Of a stretch of 64,000 nucleotides of DNA, positions 36,768 to 46,681 are shown piece by piece (the first letter of the stretch is position 1; each line of letters opens with the position of its first letter). The DNA is taken from NCBI GenBank assembly GCA_964036045.1, contig OZ038378.1:193130001-193194000 (forward strand). Reading direction: 5' to 3'. The notes below the pieces were generated by a model that worked only from the letters and a program-made list of their open reading frames with translations, did no database searches and was not told where the DNA came from. The stretch is from Eutreptiella sp. 'Long Island Sound 2002' (Eukaryota; Protista; Euglenida). Position numbers and translations under genes: made by a program.

Positions 36768-39460
36768 CTGTCGGTCGGGCCGGGCGTTACGATGGCGCGC
36801 ACGGAAGCATGGAGCGGCTAAGAAGCGCCCGGTGGAACGCAGTGTGTGGGAATGAAGCGCCGGATACTTAGCCTTATACCCCCAGGACACAGGTATACGA
36901 TCATTGCTCTTCAGAACTGTACCGAATGTTAAGTTGAGTTCATTGCCACAGCAGCTATCGAATATTTCTTGGGAACGCAGTGGAGGGAGGGGGGGGCACG
37001 GGGACTGCGGGGCATCGACGGTGTGGAGGGGGATGTTAGGGTGGAGGGAGGGGGTTGTAAGCATCCCCCGCCGGACTACTGCTTGGGTACCCCCATGAGT
37101 CACTGGCTGTGTAGCAGCCCCCTACTGCGCAGCACCACCTCACTGTATGCAAGGCCCTCCCTTACTCGCACACTCTCGCACTCCCGTACTGTGTGACAGC
37201 CCCCCCCCCCCCCTCTTTCCAGATGACAGTGCAAGCGCTAACAATGATGGGAACAACGTCTTTCATTGTTCTGACAAGGGCGCTGTTTGCACGCACCCTA
37301 AGAAAATACAGGCAATGATGAACATGCTCCGAAGGTAAAGCAATGGGCAGAATGGAGCAAGATGCACGCAGGGGAGGGGCAAGAAGTGGCAGGACTGCAA
37401 CCAGCACCCCCAAAGCATCATCCCCAGCCCCATATCATGCGGAAAACTTGACCTTCTTTGACAACCAGAAGAAGGACCGCCAAATTCGATGGCTCCAAAG
37501 GGTGCGGAACCTAAGTAGTCGATTAAGGTCCTGCACCCTGTGCACACGAGGGTTAGCTTAGAGGCAGGATGGGGCCGGGCCACCATGCCACCTCCCTCCA
37601 AAGGGTGCGGAAACTACACCTCTCGGGTTGTTCTGTCCAGGGCACTGTTCCCACAAGTGCGGTAGCCGCCCCCATCTGAACCCCCAGCTGCACAGCCGCC
37701 CCTGCCGCCCCTGAGTGTGCACCAGACTCTGAGTGTGCAGCACCCCCATGATAGTGTGGCAGCCCCTGAATGCATGCATTGCACTGAGGGGGGGCTTATG
37801 CACATTGAAGTTGGGATTGTCAGTCATGCACACTGGAGTAGGGGCGGCCTTCGCATTACAGTAGGGGGTGGGGGCGCTTGCGCTACAATGCACGGTGCTC
37901 GCAGTGTTGTCGCTACAGTGCAGTGTTGCCCCACACCGGATGGTTCTCGGCTTCCAGAAGGGGGTCGGATTGTGTGGTTCAGTTAGCATGCGATGCCTAA
38001 TGCCAATGTCACCCCTTCAGTATAGCTGAGGTACACCTGTTTACCCCACACTCTCCAGACACTGGTTTACTCGAGCTGATTTATTCAGTTGGCAGCAGAG
38101 ACGGAGGGGGGGTGGATAACACAAGCTTCTGATGCGGTCGTTCTGGGTCGTGCTGGCAAGACAGCATATGCAGATGGCAGTCTCTCCTTCCAGCATCATG
38201 CTGCAAATCCGATCAGGGGACGGGGAGGGGGGGGTCTGCGCCCCCTCCCTCCCAACCGTTCCCCCTCATGACAATTACGATTATCCACTCCACAACAACG
38301 GTGGCGTCCTCAAACAGCAAGCAGGGCAACGTGTCAAAAGTCCCGCCTTCAAATGCCAAAGCCGAATGCAAGCATCAGCACACATTTTCCATGACCCCAT
38401 TGCACGCAATCGTCATGATATGGGTGGCATCAATAAAATTCCACTGACTACCCACCTAGGAAATTTAGTACCTTGTGGAAAAAGCGGAATTTGGGGTCTA
38501 GGTAGTTGCCTAAGTACAAAATTTTTTTCCACTGTGTGACAAAAATGCAGTTGGGCATGTTCGATTTTTTGTCTGAATTTTATTTTTCCACTTTTCATAG
38601 TTCTTCTTTGTTCCTTCCCCTTCCTTTGTGCACAGCAATCCCTAGGTATTTGCCAACCCCGCACGCGTGGCAGCCGCTACGTGTGGACAGTTTAGGCACG
38701 ACTTGGTGTGACCACACCACTAAATACACATCACCAAAAAGCTATCTGTGTCCTCACCCCCAATGTAAATGGGCGGGTCAATGTGGGACAGGGCTATTGA
38801 TCAGTCCCTATGAAAGCGCAGATGCCGATTTTCTTATTGCTTCCAAAATGGCAAAAATGGTTAAACATTGAGCCCAAGAATCATGGGATTTCAAATGCAC
38901 AGAAAAAATCCGCCACAAAAGAGCACGGACCATTGCCTTGGACCCTCAGGGCTTTGTGTGGAGTGCTACGGTCAATCGCAATTTGGGGTGTGGCGGTCCC
39001 CAGGGGCGAGCTGTATTGTACGTTCAAACCCAGAGCCAAAGCAAGCACACATGAAGCAGCACAAACCAATGCCACTGCAGGCCGTCGTTGCTATTGTTGC
39101 ACTGCACACAGCAGCAAACACCAGCGGTCACCCCAAGTCGAAGCCGAAAGGCATTGCACGACCGCTTTGTGGGCGGCTGCCTCTCGCATAATGGCCCGCG
39201 ACGACTCTCTGTGTTGTGACGCATTGGCACTGGCACACCCGGCACTTGTCCTCAAGCGAACGGAATGCAGACCGACCTCCTGCCACAACTCAATGTTGGT
39301 CCGCGATTTCTGTGGGGCTTTGCATGAAGCTGTGCTCACAGCAAAGACCGCCTTCGGGTTAAGGTCAAAGAGCAGGGGGAGGGCATCTGGCAGGCCCCAC
39401 CAACACAATGTCCCTCCCCCCAACACACCCACCAACCACCGTACACCCACCCACCCACCC

Positions 39461-39501
<41 letters not shown>

Positions 39502-39713
39502 GGGAACCGCGAGACAAGAACAAAGCAAGAAAAGCGGTTGGAGAAAATTCCGCAGGAGCTGCAGAGCAGCCCTTTCGGTCTGTTGAAGTTGGACGGAGTG
39601 CGACGGAGTGCTGGCGTGCATAAGTGCATTCCCACTCCCTCATGCCGTCCCCAGACCCAAATAATTCCTGGAGGAGCCCGTGTCTAGTTGCCTACCATTG
39701 CCTCTACATTTAC

Positions 39714-39747
<34 letters not shown>

Positions 39748-40220
39748 TAGAGAGAGAGAGAGATCTACTGGTCCCCAGTGGGGACATGGGGCCTGGGGTT
39801 AAATTGTAGGCATGCGCTAACGTTGGACCACCTGAACGGGGCTGTGCGAGGACCGAACCTCGAAGGCCGGCGACAGGAGATAAGCGCGTCAAAGCGAGCA
39901 CGCCGGAAGAGAGAGAAAGAGAGAGGGAGCGGCCCAGGTGGCAACAGGGGACAGCAATCTCGTGCCCTGGGGTGAAGTACTGCTGGCCGACCTCTGAGCG
40001 TACGCGACCCCATCCCCCAGTACGGACACCTGCAGCGGTGCCCTCAAAAGGAAATCGGACTGCATTTCTGGGCCGGTGTAAGATATCCCACTCAAGGGTA
40101 GAGGTAGAGGTAGAAGACCCGGGCCTTCTTCAGGCACCGGAAGACCGTCATCAGCCCCTTCTGACTCGTGGGGTCACCGAGGACACCCTACCGCTTGAGA
40201 CGGCTTAGCCTATATGTTAA

Positions 40221-40295
40221 CGCCCCATCTGGGACTCGAACTTGGTGCCTCTTGGGCAGGCGTCATGTGCTGTTACAGCTGAGCCACGCGACCTC
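40221..40295 (-). mobile_element. tRNA-derived SINE-like element, second copy
   Basis: Reverse complement GAGGTCGCGTGGCTCAGCTGTAACAGCACATGACGCCTGCCCAAGAGGCACCAAGTTCGAGTCCCAGATGGGGCG aligns end to end with 18921-18994. Confidence 0.6.
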
Positions 40296-40859
40296 CTGAT
40301 CCCACTCGAGGATGTGAAAGCCGTTGCCTGCGCCTCGACGCCAAGCGCTCCTGCCAAGGGCAGAAAACAGCTGCAACCTACCGAAATGGGCCCGAACTTC
40401 TCAGTTGGCGTGGGGGGTGGGACGGGGTGGGCGTGCGCCGAGCCCCAGCATGGACGTGATCCGGAGGACGCCCGGTCTCCGACCCGGGCGTCTTCATGGC
40501 ACTTCATGGGACTTGGGCCGTTGTGTGTCGGCCCCCGCCTCTGCGACAAAGCGCCTGGGCCCCCCGCCCCCCGGCGGGTGCCGAGGGCCTCGGACCGGCG
40601 GCGTGAAGGGCGCAGGGTTGAGGGTGCGAGGGCCACGGCGGTCCCGCACATCACAGCGTCATGCTGCCCCCCTCCTCCCCACTCTCCCCGTGGCGTCCAG
40701 TGGGTCGGTGCCTCGAGCGGGGTTGCGTCGATGGTGCAAACGGGGCTCGAGAGGGTGCCGTTCCCCGACCGCCCGTTGGGCTGAGGCTGGGGCGCGACAG
40801 CCCCCGCCGCCGGCGCACAGCGCGACCCGACACTGCGGACGCCGCGCGCTCTCTGACCG

Positions 40860-41370
40860 GAGAAGGGGATGCTTCGAAGGCGCGGGGCAGCGCCCCAGGC
40901 ATGCGCCTGAGGGAGCCGGGGGCTGGACGGTGCTTTCGAAAGGGGCTGCCAAAGCGGTTGCTGGCGGTTGGAAAAAGCGGTTTTGGGGGGTGAGCAATGT
41001 CCGGCCGTTGCCAAACAGCGGCCGGGCGGACGGAATTGCCATTTCGAGGGGGATACCCAGGCCTGCGCTTGAAGGGCAGGGGTGGCACGGGTGGCACAGC
41101 GAGCGCCTGTAGTACCGGTTGGCGGTCGGGAAAGCGGTTTGGAGCGCAGTTGGACGACCGGTGGAGCCGAGTCGAGTCCAGAAGGACACGGCTGGGGCGG
41201 AACGGGTGGGGTACTGCAGAGGGGGGCCGGGGTAGTGTGGCAAACAGCCGTAAAACCGGTCGGCGACGGTTGGTAAAGCGGTTGGGGAGCAGGAGGCGGT
41301 TGCACAAGCGTTGCAGCCGCAGTTGGAGTCGGAGGATTGCGGTCGGAGCGTAGCTGACATTTACGGTTGC
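40860..41370. repeat. Dispersed GCGGTTG/CAACCG-rich repeat family member
   Basis: Recurrent AAAGCGGTT(G/T)G motifs. Related stretches at about 54230-54320, 57430-57530 and 57960-58080. Confidence 0.5.
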
Positions 41371-41805
41371 CCCCCCCCCCCCCCTCCCCCTTCCAGCGCA
41401 GCCTCCCCCCCACTGTGGGAATGTGATTGAGACAGCCCGTGTACCTCTGGGGCACAAAGCGGGAGCCAGGGCAACAATCAAGTGAAAAGGATCATCGGTG
41501 ACCTGTATGTCATGGGCCCCTTTCACGAGAAAGCAAATAGCCCCCCCCCCCCCCCCGGTCCCCTTGAGGCGCAGGTGTGGCAGTACGCCCACTTCCCTCC
41601 ACGCGCATGCCCCGCAGTAAACCCCTCAAGAGGCTTCCATCACAAAACTCTCGACGGTGCTGCTGTGGGCCCACAGTAGTGGGCCCGCATGGAAGGGGCC
41701 AGAGGGCGCAACTCTTGGAGAAGTCCCGGTGACACGTCGACACGCGTGTGCTTCCGTCTGAATCAGCTCAAAGTACCTCTTCCACCGGTTTTCGCCCCCG
41801 CCCCC

Positions 41806-41885
41806 TGTGCGACATCCCGTCGGGTTGCGTTTTCTTTACGGGGCCCTGGACAGTCACCCGTTCTTCCCTTCGGGTGCTGCGTCGC
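41806..41885 (-). mobile_element. Very short copy of the terminus of the 43250 element
   Basis: TGTGCGACATCCCGTCGGGTTGCGTTTTCTTTACGGGGCCCTGGACAGTCACCCGTTCTTCCCTTCG, preceded by C-runs. Confidence 0.7.
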
Positions 41886-42470
41886 CCCCTCTCCCCCGTG
41901 AAGAGGGATTTATTTTACTTTGCAGTCCGACAGCCCCCCTCCCCCCCTCAGCTCCAGGTCAGGCGAAAAGCACGGTTCCGGGGGCATTTCTCAGTGGCAC
42001 CAAAAGCTTTTTCTCGGGCACCTGCGGGGCCCATTGAGGAGTGGTGCGTCGTGATCAACATGTACCCAACGCTGTTTCTGTTACAGACGTCCGTATCCGT
42101 ATCCCCCGGGGCTGAGTGGGACACTGTCCAACAAATCCGCTGTTTTCCGCGCCCGGGAGACGTTCCGACGGGGGGTGGGGGGGGGAGGGGCTCCCCGCGG
42201 GTCCCCCTCCCGCCCTCCCCCGCTCAAGCAAACCCCCCCCACCCCCACGCCCCCGCCTCCCAGCACCCGACCTTTTTGCCTGGTCCACCACCAACGGCCG
42301 GCCACTCGCGCTAAACGCCGACGATTGAGCGCCAACCACCGTCGGCCGCCGCGGCGCCCTTTTGCCACTTGGGAAACTCTTCGGGGGGGGCGGGGAAAGG
42401 GCTCCTCAAGACCGCCTCAGGACGCTGTGCGCGCCGCTGTGTGCGAAAGTGCAGCCTGAACCGGCGCGCG

Positions 42471-42644
42471 TCATTTGCGTTTCTTCTTCTCGCCCCGGAT
42501 CTTCTGCACCGTGTTCCCGAACTTCTGCTCGTTCTCCTCGCGCTTGCGCTTGAGGGAGCCCTTCTTCCGGTCGGGCGCCGCCCCCTGCGTCTTCTTCGTC
42601 TCCTGCTTGCGGCGCACCATCTCGCGGCTCTGCTCCTTGCATTC
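42471..42644 (-). CDS. DDX47: DEAD-box RNA helicase (DDX47/RRP3 type), terminal exon
   Basis: Acceptor ccccccccag|GAA, phase 0. Lys/Arg-rich tail ECKEQSREMVRRK…KKKRK*. Confidence 0.8.
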   Translation of the reverse strand, partial: ECKEQSREMVRRKQETKKTQGAAPDRKKGSLKRKREENEQKFGNTVQKIRGEKKKRK

Positions 42645-42665
42645 CTGGGGGGGGATGGGCAAGGG

Positions 42666-42856
42666 CAGGGATGTATTAAAAGAGAGGAGGGGTGGGGGGC
42701 TGGGACGCAAACATTTGTGTACCAAAAAATGGCCCGACCAGATTTCCCTTTTGTGAATTTCGGTTTTTCCCACGATGGTCACTTTAGTCTGGGGGGGTGG
42801 GGTCTAGGCGGGGGGGCACTCCTCCTACGGTTGTCAGCCGTTCTAATGCATCTCTG
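42666..42856. mobile_element. hAT-like MITE (CAGGG…CTCTG), 191 bp
   Basis: TIR CAGGGATGTATTAAAAG versus CAGAGATGCATTAGAAC. Flanks GGCAAGGG / GGTGAGGG (6/8 match). Confidence 0.78.
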
Positions 42857-45044
42857 GGTGAGGGGAAGGTGGCAGCCCAAGAAGCAGAGGGGCGGTGTCT
42901 GGATGGGGGGGGGGGGCTTCTGGCTCCGAGGGGGTGTCCAGGGATGCATTGGAAAGGGGGGACCCCCCCCTTCAGGGTCTGCAGCCTAGCGTCCGGCTGC
43001 TCTCTTCCTCTTTCTGCCCCTCCCCCCCCCCCGCTCACTATGGAGAGGAGCCCAGTACCTGGGATGTGCTTGTCCACGGGGGGTTGATCTGGAGGACCCC
43101 CCCCCCCAGGCCAAACCACCCACCACCCAAACCCAAAAGATTTCCCTGTGGGGTAAAAATGAAAATTTGAATGTAGAGCCAAACAGGAGAGGCCCGTTTT
43201 AGGTACACAAACTTTTTTTTGCACTCATTACCCCCCCCCCCCAGCCCCCTGTGTGACATTCCGTCTGGTTGTTGCTCCTTTACGGGGCCCTGGACAGTCA
43301 CCCGTTCTTCCCTTCGCATGTTGCGTCGGGTTGCTGCTTTCTGTCGGCCGCTGCGGCTGGTGCTCTTGCTGGTGTCGTTTCCGCGTTCGCGGAGCCCAGT
43401 AGTTGGTGTGTTGGGGCTGTGCTGAATGTGGCATGGCGTGCCGTTTGCGCGTCACCGGCGCCCAATAGTTGGCGTATTGAGGATGTGCTGGTTGTTGCCG
43501 GGGTCGTTTGACTGTTTTTGCTGTCCACGCGCCTCTGTCCAAAGGCCGTCTGTAGCCTGCCTCGCTGTGTTTCTGTGTGCGTGAGGCCCAGGTGCCCTGT
43601 TCCTCCACACGCTGTCCCAGCCGTCCACCATATGTCCTTTTCCCCCTCCACAGCTGGACTGCCCCTGATGGGCTCCCGTTCCTGTTGCGCAAACAGCCCA
43701 TATGGGCTGCGGAAGACACCCCCCACTTGATGCCGGTTGAGCAGGGGTTGCCCTGGCACCCAGTAGCGCCGGGGCTGGCTGGCCATCCCCTTTGTTGTCG
43801 CTGCCTCCCATGCGCATGCTCTGCCATCCGCTAACTTCTGGTTCCCTGTTCCCGCTGTTCTGGTTGCCTCTCTTGCCTTGCTGTGCCCCTCCTCCTTGTT
43901 TGTTGCGCCCGCCCTTGTCCCTCCTGGTGTGGCTCCCGCGTTCTGTGTGTCTGTGTTGCTCCTCCCCATGTCTATTGGCGCTCCTGGGTGCCCCTGTCGC
44001 GCAACCACTCCTGTCCCACCCGCCTACCCCCCTGTACGAGGGCTTCACATCTCCGTACGACGTGGACTGTCCCGTGCGCGATTGGCTGGTCACGGCCCTG
44101 TTGCCAACCCCGTGGCGGGCACCTCCCGGCGCGCGGGGCACAGTTCCCACCCTTGTGGAGTACGTGGGCACCTTGTAGAGGGAGGGGGGGGGGGGGTTGC
44201 CGATGGCTCGCTCGGCGTGCGCCGTATTCAGTGGTTGCTGCAGTGCTTGCACCTCATGGTTCCCTTGTGTATTGTTGCGTTTCCTGTTGGGGCTCGTCTC
44301 ATTGCCATGTGTGGGGCGGCTTTGTGCCTAGTTGCTTTGCTGCTTGCGTTCCTCCCAATTTCGGGCTCTTTCTTTTTCTCCTGGCACGCTCATTGCTGCT
44401 AGTGTGCGGCGCCGGGGGGGCAACATGTCGCTCCTTGCATCCCCTTGTGGCTGTCGGGTTGTCCCACTTGCAGTTGGGTGGTACCAGGGGCACCAGGCAC
44501 TTTTGCACATGTCTCCAAATTTACAAACTGACCTGTCACCGGTGTTTGTTGGGGTTGTTCTGGGGTGAATGTGGTGCATTGTTGCTCTTTTGCTTTCTGG
44601 GCTGCTAAGGGGCTCCCCGTTTGACGACTTCACTCCGGGTTGTCCACGCCTCGGAGCTAGGGACTCGTGTGAGTCCACCCCCTAGTTGGTCGTGTGCAGT
44701 GACCACCAATGGTTTGGACGTTGTGTCTCATAAGTGTGCCCAAGGGCCCTGCACTAGGCCCTGGTGATAGAACTTAGCTACTCGCGGGCAGTACATGTTT
44801 TAGGTCGCTGCCCAATGGACAACCGTGTAGCCGGCTACCAACCCCCCGGAGGGGTGACCCCCTTGCTGAGGTTTGGGTTGCCTTCTCCTCCCGTTGTGGC
44901 CGGGATGGTGATGGCTCCCGGGAGTGCATCAGGGAAGCATCCCTTCTATGTTGTGTGTAGGTGTGGCCTTGGTTGTTGCGTGTGTGGTGGGTGCCGTGTT
45001 GGCGTTGGGGCGTGGGGTCGTGGGCCCTTGGTGATGCTCCACGT

Positions 45045-45845
45045 GCGTGCCTTGTTTGTGGGCGGCGGTGGCTGTGCATGGGTGAAGTGCCCGTGTGGTG
45101 GGTCTGGCCCCCACCCTGGGTGTTGGGTGTTGGGCTGGTGTTGGTGCTTGCGGCGGGTGGTGTGGTTGTCCGCGGCTGTTGTTGTTGTACACTGTTGTTC
45201 TGTGTGTTGCGTGTTGTCGTGTGCTAGCGCGTTTCATTGTGTGCCTCTGCCGGCTTTGGTCTGCTGTGTTGCGTTGTGTGCTACGTTGCCTCCTCTTTGT
45301 GCGCTACACTGCCTCCGTGAGGCGTGGCAGCCGCGGCTAACCGCCCGTTGGGGCCGAGTTCGGGTAACCTCCGAAGCGCTTGGATAGGGCCGCCCACCCA
45401 TTGGCGGGGCCGAGTCTGAGCCCCCGGGGCCTACCTTTGAGGCTTGCGCGTGCCTTGTTTGTGGGCGGTGGTGGCTGTGCGTGGGTGAAGTGCCCGTGTG
45501 GTAGGTCTGGCCCCCACCCTGGGCATTGGGTGTTGGGCTGGTCCTGGTGCTTGCGGCACGTGGTGTGGTTGCCCGCCGCCATTGTTGTGGTACACCACTT
45601 TGCTTTGTTCTGCTATATTGTGCGCTACGTGCTTTCGTGTGCTGGCAAGTTTCGCTGTGTGCCTCTGCCGGCTCTGGTGTGCTGCGCTCTGTTGTGCGCG
45701 GCACTGCCTCAATGAGGCGTGGCGGCTGCGGCTACCCGGGCAAGGCCACTCTTCCCGTTGGGGCCGAGTCCGGGTCACCTCCGAAGTGCTTCGATAGGGC
45801 CACCCACCCATTGGTGGGACCGAATCCAAGTCCCGGGGCCTCCCT
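45045..45845. repeat. About 400-bp tandem duplication within the element
   Basis: GCGTGCCTTGTTTGTGGGCGG(C/T)GGTGGCTGTGC… at 45045 and 45448. Both copies end in CCCGTTGGGCCGAGT…CACCCATTGG…CCGGGGCC. Confidence 0.85.
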
Positions 45846-46477
45846 AAGAGGTTTGTGTGTTGTTCTCCTTTGTGCGCCTCTGTCAGCTTTGTGTGCTTGG
45901 GCGTTGTGCTGCCTTGTGCCGCTCTAATGTGCGTTGCGCTGCATTGTGCTGCATTCAGTTGGATCTGCGTGCCTGGGCGTTGTGCTGAACCCCTCAACGC
46001 CTCTCGGAGGCTGCCGCGATTAACTTCGCTAGGCGATAAGTGGGCAGCAATTTGCCCGTCTCTCCTAGTAGGTCCCCGTCTATGTGCACAGACGGTTGCC
46101 ACTCTCCATGTGTGTAGCACACCCCATGTGGGTGGCAGCTACACTGCGGGGTATACACACCAACGGCCACAATGCGCACTCGGACCACCGGCATCATGAG
46201 TCCTGGGGCATATGAGGCATCACACCTCACCCCTGGTCATGTTGAGCATCGGCGTGTAGGCCAGCTGCCACTCGCGGGCCCGTGCTATACTTGTATACTG
46301 TGCGTCCATGAAGCCCACGGTCACGTTTGCAAAGCGTCGTTGCATTGTCGGTGTGTTTGGTTCCCCTGGCCTTCTGCCCTCCTGTCTAGGGTCGTGTGTC
46401 GCAGCTCCCCTATTGCTGTGGCGTACCTCCCGTTGTTGGCGCCTGTCCCCTCTTTGTATGTCGGTGCCGTGCTGTCT

Positions 46478-46681
46478 TCAGGCCTCTGTGTCTAGCAGTC
46501 CGTCCTTTGCCTTCCGTGTTTGTTTGAATAGTCCCTCAGCCTTCTCCTTGTGGTGCGCGTTTTTGTCTGGGTGTGGCTTGACATTGAGCTGCTTGTATGC
46601 CCGCTTTATTTCCTCTGTTGTGGCCCCAGGGTACCGCACTCCGAGCACCTGGTACCGGTTCCCTGGCAGAGTGTCTGGCAT
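46478..46681 (-). pseudogene. DnaJ (J-domain) coding segment within the decayed element
   Basis: NRYQVLGVRYPGATTEEIKRAYKQLNVKPHPDKN…AEGLFKQ…AKDGLLD: canonical J-domain helices and HPD motif. Confidence 0.85.

Noticed and set aside
40217-41455. 412-aa minus-strand ORF as a gene
   Set aside because: Both ends lie in repeats (a tRNA-SINE and the GCGGTTG family). Only 40858-40385 is exon-like, and I could not phase it to the 36767 exon, so it is left uncalled.
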